64,000 bases of DNA. Origin: Ylistrum balloti. Its lineage: Eukaryota. Under the pieces are notes generated by a model that had not been told where the DNA came from, searched no databases, and was given only the letters and a program-made list of their open reading frames with translations. The stretch is taken from positions 310,001 to 374,000 of the forward strand of contig NW_026782240.1 in NCBI RefSeq assembly GCF_031769215.1, written 5' to 3'. Below, piece by piece: positions 24,844 to 36,710 of this stretch; within the stretch, counting starts at the first letter, position 1; each line of letters begins with the position of its first letter. The position numbers and the translations under genes are program-made.

Positions 24844-27800
24844 CTAGGTGACGAACTTGTATTAGCCGGTGATCCTGAAGAGGAGGTGTGTTTACTACTT
24901 GCGGTGTTATCTCCTTAAAATTGCACATATCTTAAGAGGCTGATTTTGAATTAACAACTGATAATTCATTGATAATTCATGTCTACATGTATAGACTTCT
25001 CGAACCGAATGTTGCTTTTTTCTTCGCCAAACTCAATGTCAACAGCAAAGTCACGTTAGTTCCGTACTGAGCGTACTCTGCTACGGTCCTGGATAAGAAA
25101 TTCCTCTTTGCAGTAAATACTCAAAAATTCTATCCTTTTTCAAATCATAAGTTTCCATCTTTTTAGCGTTGTAAAACAAACCAGAGATGAGTAGTTTGAA
25201 AAGAAATTGAGCCGAAAGATTGAATGCTCACCCTCCCCTCTCCCCAACTGCCCCACCAGCCATATAAGTCACACACATGCACACCAACGTACTCACACAA
25301 ACACCTTCTCGATCACATACAAAAAATGACAAAGTTACAGGCTCAAGGCTATAGTTATTTTTGTTTGGTTCTGTTTTAAAACACTTTAAATTTTCACACA
25401 GTACCATAAAGTGATGGTGATCACCATGATCCTTAACCATTTTGAAGGAAAATTGTTAACTCTATACAGAAGTTAACACTATCAAAATTGTAATTGCATC
25501 TTAACCTTCTCCGAAGGAGGACCTATCATACCTAAATTATTCTTAATGAATAACAGGAGAAGGTGTAAGTAAACTTCTGTCTAAACTTGATCATCGTGTG
25601 CTGTGGGACCTGACATGAACAAGACTAAAGTCTTCATGGTGTTTATTTCCAATCATTCTACACATCTTTTCAACTGCTGTCTGCATGTAGGTGAAGTACC
25701 ATCTGACTGGAAGCCTACTAATATTTGTCACTGCTACAAGGAAGTCCTAAATATAACCTCTAACTAACTGGGGCCACTCAAATACCTGAGTCCTAAAAAT
25801 CACTCTTTACTGTCCAATATCAAAAAACAGGTCAGACACTGAAAGTTCTGAACCTGTTCCTTTATTTCCAATTCAAAGTTGGATTTTTATTGCCTTAGCT
25901 ATCATAGTCCATGTTTTAGATTCTACTCCTTATAGATAGATTATTGTCATAATGTATATGCTTTTTTTTTGTAGCCAGAAGCTGAGGAAGAAGAAGAAGA
26001 TGAAGAGGACACGGTCGTACGTACAAATATTTGTCTTGTGGATTTGAGATTTCCTCCTATTCCCATAAGCTGTTGGTTAAGAGGATATCCATGTATATGA
26101 AGACAATGGCAAATGTTAAATTATCTGAATTTTGTCACAAATTCATGCAAAAAAATCTCAGAAAGTGTAGAATATAAATTTAATTTATTGTGTAATAAAA
26201 CTTTTCACACATTCTGATTGGCAGAAATAGAAGCATATGATTCTTATTCAGAAGGTGATAGCTGTGCGTAAAAAGTTGGTAAAATTAATGATTGACTTGG
26301 CATTTCGAAGAATAGATATGTTGATTTGTAAATGTAACAAAAGTAGGTCACTCTTACCTTTGACCCACACCAAAGGAAAATTTGTGTGGTATCTATCTTC
26401 TACATTACTAGTCACTGGAACTTCTTACTTCAGGCATGGGTTCATTTGCAATGCATTCTTGGTACACAATTTCATACTCTTGGACGACTGTCATTTGTCA
26501 AATTGTCTTTCTAATTCATTTTGAAGTAATTGTTGTAGTTGTTTATTTGTGTTTTGGTCTTTAAGACTGTTGACACTGTATAGAAACCTAAAAAATATAT
26601 AATTTCATTGGTCTTTTACTCCAGACTTTGAGCAAAACCAACGACTATAATCTTATTTGATTGATAAAGGAAAAAATGTCAATCTTGGACAGTCTTCAGT
26701 CAACATTTTTTCCTGGGATAATAAAACCATCTATCAACTTCTTTAACGGTTATGATTAGAAAATTGATTTTTGTTTATTTCCAGGACCCACATGATGTCA
26801 TCAAAGAAGAGTGTAAACAGTCTCCAGCTTGTCAGAAATTTGATTTAAAACTTGTTGAATGCACTAAAAGGGTACAAAGTGCATCAGAGACAGAAGAAAC
26901 CTGCCATGAAGAATTTAGTAATTTGGTTCACTGCATAGATCATTGTGTAAGTTTGTAGTTAACTTCTAAGTGTTTGGTCTTTAGTATAATGTTTTCTTTG
27001 TATTTTAGGCGAATGAACAAATTTTATCAGGAAAAGCACATACAAAAACACTTTAAGTATACTTTTTATACAGATGGAATTTTCTGAAAATATTTGTATT
27101 TAGTAGGAATGTCAATTTGATAAGAAATTGCTATTCGAATATTTAGTTCAGTATTTGAACTTTCAGTTCTGTCATGTACCGGTAATGTTTTACCCATGCA
27201 AAACATAATGGTACCTAAAAAGACTTTTTTCTTTTTTTAGTTTTAAAAACTTAGCACATAACTAGTTTGACTGCAAAAGTTTTTCTAACTTAAGAGATTG
27301 CTTTTAAAAATGCGAAATAATACGAAAATATGTCATAGGAAATGATTGAGGACATAAACGTATTCTCTCATATTTCAAAAGTTGGACAATAGAATTGGTA
27401 TCATAACGTAGGAATGTTTTTTTTTTTTTGTTTTTTTCTATAGAATAATTGTCATAATATTTCATAACATCAATTATTTTGCTAATCACATATATATATA
27501 AACAACGTTTAATCCACATCTGGTACAATGATGGCCTGTACTTAATACAATTGAACTGAATGTTAATAAACACTTCTATCCATAAGATCATTCAACAGTG
27601 CTTTAAATGATTTAAGTGGTTTTCACTGTTCATAAGTACTCGTTATCAAAGTAGCAATTAAAATGTCTGCTGGAATTAATCAAAGAAACCATCAGATGTA
27701 TAGTGGAATACCACCTGTATTTTATAAATACTGCCCTGAAACGTCCCACAGATAGGCCCCAATTAAATGCTGATTAAAGTGGCTGACAATGGTGTAAATC

Positions 27801-29061
27801 CAAAGTTTGCGACAATATCACAGGTACAGATTTGATCCATGTTGTTTCACGCACATGAGATGGAAAGTTTACCTGAATATAGGTGATCTCAAACCCTCCG
27901 GCGATAGGTTAATCAGTGTCATGATGAGTTCTACAGGAGTAGAACTTTGAACACTAATTATACCTTGATAGTTTAGCCAACAAAACACTAATCAGAATGA
28001 AAATTGGACAATCAGTTGGCAGAGAAAGAAATAATTTTAATGACTTTTCCAAATGATGATATTCAAAAATTGCAAAAACAAACATTCGAATATCAATTTT
28101 TGAATTTTCATACTGTCTTACTGAACAAAAATTGAAATACTCGTTGATATACTTGGTATTTAGTTAAGAGGAAAAAAGATGTAGATTTTCAATTTCAGTT
28201 TGAACGATGTGAGACATGTAATATTTATGAAGGTAATTAATTTATTTAAGAATTGAAGCGTGGAATAAAGTTCGTTGTGATATATAGAATGGAAGTGATC
28301 ACCTTGAAATCAATATCGGTATCATACTGGACTTCACCTTTGAGATGATCGCTAAGGAAGGAATTTTCATTCAATTTATATTTTCAAAATGATTTCACAA
28401 ATTTCCACAAATTCAGTTGTCAAAAGTCAATAAAAGAGTTCCAAAAGATAAAATTGATTTAGTGTTAGATCAGAATATCACCATAACACCATATTGTCTC
28501 ACCTTGATGAGGGAGCAGAAGGGTGTTACTTTTCCGTTGACATCCACTCTCCTTATTATGAAGTCAATAAGAAATTAAAAATACCAGAACCAAATTGAGA
28601 ACACTGTACACATCACTTAGATGATAAGTGTGTACTAGCTAGATCAGTACAAATGAAGAGATTTGGATTACTTCAATTCATTCATGGGGGAAAAAAGCAT
28701 GATTTTTTTTTTTAGAATAAGCAAGAACTCATTCAAAAATATTCAAATTGACCAGAATTTTTTTCAATAATCCTCCACAAATGATATCTGTAACAGGTTT
28801 TATGATTTGTTTTTTAATCAATTCCCCACAGACCATAAATTATGGCATATTTACCATCACAATTCATCTCGGACTATAAGTGTTGTATATACACCATTGA
28901 TTTTCCCAAGTTTTACATATTGTGATGTATATATTTACCATATCCATGTCATATAAGGTGATATCACTGAAATTTATCTTCATGTCTTTCCTAAAACAAA
29001 TTTTGATTGTTGGGGTTTTATTTTTCAGGTCGCACCAAAGTTGTTTAGTAAGTTGAAGTAG
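24838..29061 (+). CDS. UQCRH: Cytochrome b-c1 complex subunit 6 (hinge protein), 93 aa. Exons 24838-24885, 25975-26013, 26785-26946, 29029-29061
   Basis: MALGDELVLAGDPEEE|PEAEEEEDEEDTV|DPHDVIKEECKQSPACQKFDLKLVECTKRVQSASETEETCHEEFSNLVHCIDHC|VAPKLFSKLK*. Acidic N-terminus, hinge-protein Cys pattern and the LFxxLK end; four-exon layout with a 162-nt third exon. Confidence 0.97.
25549..25780 (+). mobile_element. CR1/L2-type LINE RT N-terminal fragment in UQCRH intron 1
   Basis: ITGEGVSKLLSKLDHR/AVGPD...LFNCCLHVGEVPSDWKPTNICHCYK..SN*: a degenerate form of KLLxxLxxxKAxGPD..LFNxxLxxGxVPxDWKxANIxPxYKK..NYRP. Confidence 0.8.
27906..27965 (+). other. 60-nt hairpin containing a canonical kink-turn, UQCRH intron 3
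   Basis: Pairs read by hand: AGTGT/ACACT stem, 3-nt bulge CAU, G.A, A.G, U.U, then GAGTTCTAC/GTAGAACTT with an AGGA loop. Confidence 0.5.
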
Positions 29062-29559
29062 TTGGCATTGTTTTATAGACGATGTACCTGTGAACTTTGT
29101 ATTGGACAACTATAACAGAAACATCAACAGGAAAATCTGCGGAGTCTTAAACAACATGGAATTATCACTGTAAAAGGATGAGTGTGTTACAGAAATCCAA
29201 CAGTTTTCTCCATTTGCATTGGATAAACAATTTTAGAAAGAAAAAAACTGACAGATATTTACAAAATTCCATATTGTGTGCAAATAGTAAGAAGATGCGT
29301 TATGTGACAGGTTAATAAATTTGTATTGGATGTTCTCTGATGTTGTTTGACTTATCATTAATGTGGCTCTGTTTGTAGAGGAAATTTGCTTAAAAGTGTT
29401 TTTGCCTCACTTACTTTTTAGTTGTGGAAATTGTTCAGAAAATGATTCCATTTTTTTTATGTCAATACCAGACAACTTCAAATCTGTCTTGTAGATGTCA
29501 TTATGTAGTGAAGGTAGGATCATCCTGCAGGCCTCATACTTTGGCAAGCTCACTGTTCA

Positions 29560-29810
29560 GGAGATCAATATTCTCCTGACTTGGTTCAACCTCCTGCTGT
29601 TACATCTCTATGATATCGACTTTTCTCTGGATAACTTGTGTTACAAGTTTGTCAATCAGTTGATGACTTCTGGCATGTAAATCGTGATAATGAGAACAGG
29701 CCTTGAGTATCGAATCCACAGCAACATTTAAACACCATAGGTTAGGGATCGAGGAATCACTATCTAGAATCAGAAAATTCACAATATCAATTCTAAATAT
29801 GATTTTAATG
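29560..29810 (-). mobile_element. Second Penelope-like RT C-terminal fragment (pseudogenised, different lineage)
   Basis: Minus strand reads DIVNFLILDSDSSIP/YGV*MLLWIRYSR/ACSHYHDLHARSHQLIDKLVTQ across frameshifts, matching the PLE motif IVNFPFLxSxIPxxPAYGVYISQLIRYxRACS. Confidence 0.75.
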
Positions 29811-29814
29811 CTAC

Positions 29815-30396
29815 ATGTCAGCAAATGCTGGAATGAAGGACTACCAAATGTGTTCATATAAATGACCTTTCAAGATCACAAGGGTCAAATATGTTCAAAA
29901 CTTTAAAAAAAAAAAAAAAACTTCTTCTCAATACCCAAATGGACCAGGGTGCTGTTATTGAGCCAGTGGCATGATGGGATGAAGGACTACCAAGTTTGTA
30001 AATATGAATGACCTTTATATTTTTCAAGGTCACAGTGGTCTGATATGTTTAAATGACTTCTCAATAGGACGCAGGGTGCTGATATAAGGTCTGGAGCATG
30101 CTCAAATGTGTTGAAATGTGTAAGCAACTTCTCAATAACCAAAAGGCCAAGGGTCTTAATATTGGGCATGTAGCATGTTTTTTCACCAAGAAATATGTTT
30201 GGAGTAATGGCATTTGTATAGTGCACATATAAAGAATATTATTTCAAGTTTGCAGAAAATGTCTTTTTGAACCAACCAATTTTTACTTTATAAGCTGTAG
30301 TGTATTTATGCAATTTGCTTTATGGTTATTTGGCCTCTTTCATATAATTAAAGGTCTTTACAGTCCGATGACCTTAAGGCCCGTGGGCCTCTTGTT
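29815..30396 (+). mobile_element. Helitron-like element with internal ~170-bp degenerate units
   Basis: Two or more copies of tgg(g/a)atgaaggactaccaa..aaatgacc..caaggtcac..cttctcaata; ends gaccttaaggcccgtgggcctcttgtt. A related unit occurs at about 14300-14520. Confidence 0.6.
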
Positions 30397-31277
30397 CTCG
30401 TATAGGATATTAAAAATGTGGAAAAAAAACTCAAATCAGCTCTTAAATGATGAAATTTTAAAAACAAAATATTCGATTTGATAAAATGCGTCTGTTTCAC
30501 AAATTTAAAAGATTGCAGTGAACGAACCGGGATACGTGGCGTCAAACGCGCAGAATAATTAGTAAAGGGGCGGAACTCTTATCGTCTTCCACAGAAATGA
30601 ATGAGTCACTGTTCATCAGATTTAAGCGTTTTAGATGAATGTTAATTCGTTATAACTTATGATTTACTGATACAGGAGTGACCTCAATACTTTTGCGTGT
30701 GTGTAATGATATATGTGGATTTTTAAAAAATCTATATTGTTAGTATTGAAATTTATCAGTTTGATCAATAATTCGCGAATAACATTAATAACGGGTGTAT
30801 ACCCATGGTCCCGTGGGGTTCGTTTTAACTCGAAGTTAATAATATTTTAACGAGCTTCACCTTTTGAAGTACAAAGCCCTTGTTGAAAGAAACAACATTC
30901 GATGCCTATTATTACGCTAATCATAATTTTTAGTATGTGTGGTTGAAAGAAGGCCAACTTTCGACTTGCTATGAAATACTGACTTATTTTAGAAATCACA
31001 AAACGTACCTCTAATATATTACATATTATGCTGATTATTATTATATTGATGAAATAAGATAAAAGTTGAATGATTTATGTTGACTATGTTATGTAACCTG
31101 ACAATCCAATTATTAGTCGGAAGTTTCTTTCGTCTGATTGCTTACAGTTGACTTGGCTATGAATTTTTGCTGGAAAAGTTTACCATATCCGACTTATCAT
31201 TGTACTCCAAAAAGTCGTCTAGTTTGACGGTAACTGGTCAATGTTTGCTAGTTTTACAATACTCTGTGAAATAACTC

Positions 31278-32025
31278 GTCGAATGTCGCTCTAGCTTACC
31301 GATACTCGAGGGAATTATAACTTGTCGAATGTCGCTCTAGATTACCGATACTCGAGGGAATTATAATTTGTCGAATGTTGCTCTAGATTACCGATACTCG
31401 AAGGAATTATAATTTGTCGAATGTTGCTCTAGATTACCGATACTCGAAGGAATTATAATTTGTCGAATGTCGCTCTAGATTACCGATACTCGAAGGAATT
31501 ATAATTTGTCGAATGTTGCTCTAGCTTACCGATACTCGAGGGAATTATAATTTGTCGAATGTTGCTCTAGCTTACCGATACTCGAGGGAATTATAATTTG
31601 TCGAATGTTGCTCTAGATTACCGATACTCGAAGGAATTATAATTTGTCGAATGTTGCTCTAGATTACCGATACTCGAGGGAATTATAATTTGTCGAATGT
31701 TGCTCTAGATTACCGATACTCGAGGGAATTATAATTTGTCGAATGTTGCTCTAGATTACCGATACTCGAGGGAATTATAATTTGTCGAATGTTGCTCTAG
31801 ATTACCGATACTCGAGGGAATTATAATTTGTCGAATGTTGCTCTAGATTACCGATACTCGAAGGAATTATAATTTGTCGAATGTTGCTCTAGATTACCGA
31901 TACTCGAGGGAATTATAATTTGTCGAATGTTGCTCTAGATTACCGATACTCGAGGGAATTATAATTTGTCGAATGTCGCTCTAGATTACCGATACTCGAG
32001 GGAATTATGACTTGTCGAATGTTGC
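31278..32025. repeat. Minisatellite, 46-bp unit (ctcgagggaattataatttgtcgaatgttgctctagattaccgata), about 16 copies
   Basis: Direct periodicity. Confidence 0.98.
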
Positions 32026-32119
32026 TTTTGATTATAATTGGCGATATTCTGGGGAAATACATGGTCGAAACTTGTTATAGTCTGAAAATATTCTGGTAAA
32101 TGTGATCGAATATTAATAT

Positions 32120-33690
32120 AATAGATCTTATAACTCAAAAGGAAGACTACTAAAAAGTGACGTTTCGATGACTCCTCAGACAAATGACCAGCGTAAAGCA
32201 CTGAAGTATGGTGTGTACGAGACAGTAAGGAATCGATCAACTTTTTCGGCTGATCCTATGTACACTAAGGTAGACAATAATTTGACGAGATGACAAAGAG
32301 ATTATAGAAAAAAGTACATACGATTTTAACAGTGTACTATAGAAGATTCGTCTACGCTTTGTTTAACACTTGATCGTAGATATACGGTGGTCTCGTCCCT
32401 CTTTCTGATCTGGTGAATTTTCTGCCTTCTTGGGATTCCGCATCTTCCTGACTACCTATCCGTTTTCCGGTATACTTACTATACGTCACAGTTCTAAGAT
32501 CCGATCTTGTATACGCATATACGACATTCTCTTTGGAAGTTTTGAGATGGACTAGGATACTTTTTAGGTTTCATGGCCGCTGCAATACCATGACTATGGT
32601 AAATCCTCTGAATGGTTTCTGACAGGCCTTTGATGTACGGGGTGAAAACCTGCCCTTTCATTTTGTTCTTTTCCTTAGTGTTTCGTCTCTCGGCCTTTTC
32701 TTTGCTTTTTGCTTTCCTAAAATTTGTTCTGAACTCTCTTGATTGTCCAGTCAGAGTATCGATGTTTTCATAGCGCAATGGATGTGATTTTGTTCTTGCT
32801 TCTTGTCTTGCTCCGATGTAACAGGAATCTCACATCAAAGTTCGTACAACGCTCAGTCTGTGACCCTTCCTTGACCATTCCTTGACTATTTCCAATACGT
32901 CATCGTTTCCAAAGACTAGGCTTCATTCTACAGGACCATGGCTTTAGCTCCTTTCTCCACGTGCTCCGTGAATATGTTGTCAACAACCGGCTACACCTGA
33001 CAGTGCCAAACCGACGCTGATGGATGGCATTTCGAAACGCAAAATATGTTGCAAGTACAAACTCTAGTAAATCCATGGTGCGTTGGATATTCATTGCCGG
33101 TCTAGGTGGCTACGAATTATGACAAGCGCTTTGCCAGTGAGTGTGCCAGTATAGTCGACTATTGGCCGTAATAGGTTCCATTCTTTGTAGATCTTGGGTG
33201 TGCAGTACATTCTATGAGCGCCATGTGTAGAGGGCCACGATACATAAAACGGCTGTCTATATTGTATTTCAGTAACCTTATTTTCTTATTCTTGTTCTGT
33301 CCCTGTCTTTAAGCTGTGTGTTAAAAATGCTAATTACCCAGGTGTTTAGTGTGGTTTCATTTAAACTCTCACCTGTTATTGTGAATCTCGCAAACCAACA
33401 CTTGTTTAAACACTGTGTGTTAAAAATGCTAATTACCCAGGTGTTTAGTGTGGTTTCATTTAAACTCTCACCTGTTATCGTGAATCTCGCAAACCAACAC
33501 TTGTTTAAACAAAGCGTGGCCGAATCGATGATATATTGTTACCCATGTTATGTACCTATTTTTTCCATCTCGTACATTACGTACATCAGTGTTATCTCAT
33601 TTCGCACTGGTCATTTGTTGGACGAAGGTGGCAGTGTAGCCATTGAAATGTTACATTTAAATCTTCTTCTGGTTGTGTTATAGAAACTTG
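32120..33690 (-). mobile_element. Decayed, internally deleted Penelope-like retroelement (RT plus GIY-YIG) with inverted terminal repeats
   Basis: Minus-strand remnants in the canonical order: TPKIYKEWNLLRPIVDYTG (about 33140-33200), MDLLEFVLATYFAFRNAIHQRRFGT (about 33000-33075), GHRLSVVRTL (about 32840-32870), GQVFTPYIKGLSETIQRIYHSHGIAAAMKP...VYKIGS*NCD (GIY-YIG start, about 32480-32660), GRKFTRSER (about 32400). Contains frameshifts and stops. Confidence 0.9.
33314..33510. repeat. 99-bp direct duplication (2 copies)
   Basis: ctgtgtgttaaaaatgc...cttgtttaaaca starts at 33314 and again at 33413. Confidence 0.95.
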
Positions 33691-34348
33691 GCTAGGACAT
33701 TACAGTCCGAAGAAAATGTTCTGAAATAGTCCAATGTTGTTCTAGATTAGCGATATTTTGGGGAAACACGTCAAAAATTGCTCAACATTTATAATGTTCT
33801 ATAGAAATACATGGTGGAATGTTACTCTTAATTGATTAATTATATTCTTGAGAATATCTGACTGCATGTTCCTTCAAATTGACGGTAATTTCTGACACAG
33901 ACGGACTAGTCGATAGTTTCCCGTCTACATATCTAAGTTATATATATTTGCGGATTTGGATAGGTAAGGGATGTCTCATTGACATTTTGGATAATGGTGA
34001 TACTAATTACTGATACATCATTTAAAGATTCCTGTTTATATCAGTGGCACGGACTGAATGGGGATTACTTGATCAATGACAAGACCCAACCACGCGTTTC
34101 AGTTGGACAGAAATATACGGATAATGCTTTAACGAAGCCTTCTTTCATCGTGTCAAACATGCTGTTTATATATTGTCGAGTTCAAAGGTCACATGCTATT
34201 TGAATGATACCTTCGTAATTATTTATATGTAGATATTCGTATCATAAGTCCCTATGTCCTCTAAAATCTCCGACTACTATCGACTGTTCTAGATATCCTG
34301 TAACTATTCTCCGACTTTTTCCCAGGATTTAGCGACCTTTCCACTGAA

Positions 34349-35194
34349 CTAGTCCCATCGTGTAACCCTACCATCGGCTAGTCCCATTGTCTTGTGGACC
34401 TACCATCGGCTAGTCCCATTATCTTGTAGACCTACCATCGGCTGGTCCCAGTATCATGTAACCCTACCATCGGCTAGTCCCATTGTCTTGTGGACCTACC
34501 ATCGGCTATTCCCATTATCTTGTAGACCTACCATCGGCTGGTCCCAGTATTTTGTAACCCTACTATCGGCTGGTCCCAGTATCATGTAATTCTACCATCA
34601 GCTAGTCCCAGTATCATGTAACCCTACTATCAGCTAGTCCTCCTACTATCGGCTAGTCCCAGTATCATGTAAACCTACCATTGACAAGTCCCAGTATCTT
34701 GTAACCCTACCATTGACTAGTCCCAGTATCTTGTAAACCTACCATTGATAAGTCCCAGTATCTTGTAGACCTACCATTGACAAGTCCAAGTATCATGTAA
34801 CCCTACCATTCACAAGTCCCAGTATCTTGTAACCCTACCATTGACAAGTCCCAGTATCTTGTAGACCTACCATTGACTAGTCCCAGTATCTTGTAAACCT
34901 ACCATTGATAAGTCCCAGTATCTTGTAGACCTACCATTGACAAGTCCAAGTATCATGTAACCCTTTTTACCATTCATTAGTCCCAGTATCTTGTAAACCT
35001 ACCATTCACTTGTCCCAGTATCTTGTAGATCTACCATTGACTAGTCCCAGTATCTTGTAAACCTACCATTGATAAGTCCCAGTATCTTGTAGACCTACCA
35101 TTGACAAGTCCAAGTATCATGTAACCCTACCATTCATTAGTCCCAGTATCTTGTAAACCTACCATTCACTTGTCCCAGTATCTTGTAGATCTAC
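34349..35194. repeat. Minisatellite, 32-bp unit (ctagtcccagtatcttgtaaacctaccattga), about 26 copies
   Basis: Direct periodicity, with sequence drifting along the array (catcggct on the left, cattgac on the right). Confidence 0.96.
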
Positions 35195-35599
35195 CCCCGG
35201 ATTATTCGCATTTGAATGTCAACCTTCTACCGCACGGTAACCAGTAGCTCTTCCATCGGACTAGTCATCGAATCCTGTAGCCCTTCCAATGAACAAGTTC
35301 CAGTATTTAGTAAGCCTACCACCGGACAAGGAACAGTATCCTGGATTTCTGCCCCTTGGAGTAATTGCTTTGCTCATATCGTCCAAAATCGACCTTTTGA
35401 CATAACGTCTACGCTTACCCGATTGACAAAGCTCGATTGTGTGAAACCTCGTTCTTCATCAGTGAAATCATTGTCGTGACATTTGTATACTAATGACGCT
35501 GATAGAATGATTGTTACGTTTTGAAAATAAACATACACTGATTACTATTGCATGGTTGTGTTGTGACCAGAGGCTAATATGTGTACTTATCTATACCTA

Positions 35600-36710
35600 T
35601 GTATGACAATGACTCCGCCCCGGGGCCATGGCAATATCACTTTGTTTTCTTCTCGCTTTTGTTGAATCTGTAAGTCCTCCGATCTTACACACCATTTTGC
35701 GTAATATCCTATACCAACACTGAAGGCTTAAGAAAACCAGGTGTTGGTCAAGAATGGATTTGGTCAGCTTGGACAATGGAGACTAAATAAACTTAGTAAA
35801 CTCACGTAAGTATCTATTAAATATTTTTTGTAGTGTTTTGGGTTTCGTGTGTGAAACTCTTTCGATCATATTCTACCGTGAAGTCGCTACCACACGTGAA
35901 ATGTCAACTGGAAATGGACATGTTCTTTTAAAAGCCTAGTCAGCATACACTCTTAGTATCGAAACATGATTGACAGATATGTTCCTGTTCATGCCTATGG
36001 AGTTATTCCTAGATCCGAATCACCGTGCACGTTTTTGTGTAATTCATGTCTTTCATTGCGGATTAAAATATACGCTTTTATGATACCAGTAAGAAAATGG
36101 GTGTAATGTGTGTTTCGGGGTATTTATTAAACGATTTGTCATATGTTTCTTGAAAATCACATCTCCCTGTGTAAATATTAAGCTTTCTTTGGTAATTTTG
36201 CTTGTCAATATATTTTCTTATATTTGTTTCCAGTGCGAAGCGCCTGGATTGAACCTAACCAATCTCGGTAGCGACACCTGGTCACCGCCTGGTGGGGCGG
36301 GACTATCGAATACGTACCCTATGAAACCCGGCCGATTGACAAGTATACCAGCATTCTTTACTTTTATATTTATGCTTTTGTATGTTCCAATCTACCTGTG
36401 CCATAGTGGCTAAATCGTCCTACCGGCTGCGGATATTATCTGTACTTTACCTGTGTGTGTATATATCTAGGTAGTTTAATGTTGCAGCTAACGTAATCAC
36501 TGAGTGATGTGACGACCGGGGGGACAGACGTATTTATGTATCTATAACTAGTTCGTTGGTGAACGTTTTGAGACATGTTGCCTCTAGCTATGGAATTTTG
36601 AACAGAAAAAGTGGATATTTATGTGATAATAATTATGATTCATAAAACTACAATTGGCGATGTACTCCTTGATCTGTGTCCTTCGTCACTGATGTGGAAA
36701 AACCTGTCAA
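35600..36710 (+). promoter_or_regulatory. Probable promoter and 5' UTR exons of the Dact-like gene
   Basis: GC box CCGCCC at about 35615; strong donor CAC|GTAAGT at 35805/35806; pyrimidine tract plus CAG| acceptor at 36233. No open frame links these to the CDS, so they would be non-coding. Confidence 0.45.

Noticed and set aside
27906-27965. SECIS or box C/D snoRNA reading of the K-turn hairpin
   Set aside because: Intronic, upper stem only 9 bp, no apical AA, no UGA-containing CDS, and no room for antisense guides. Kept only as a K-turn candidate.
31278-32025. CRISPR-like appearance of the 27-51-bp arrays
   Set aside because: Units are head-to-tail with no unique spacers, there are no cas genes, and the context is eukaryotic.
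35410-35510. Possible minus-strand exon (HDNDFTDEERGFTQSSFVNR|gtaagc)
   Set aside because: No recognisable homology and no partner exons.
36108-36413. 101-aa ORF overlapping the acceptor at 36233
   Set aside because: It cannot be joined in frame to the upstream exon or to ATG 36711; treated as 5' UTR or uORF.
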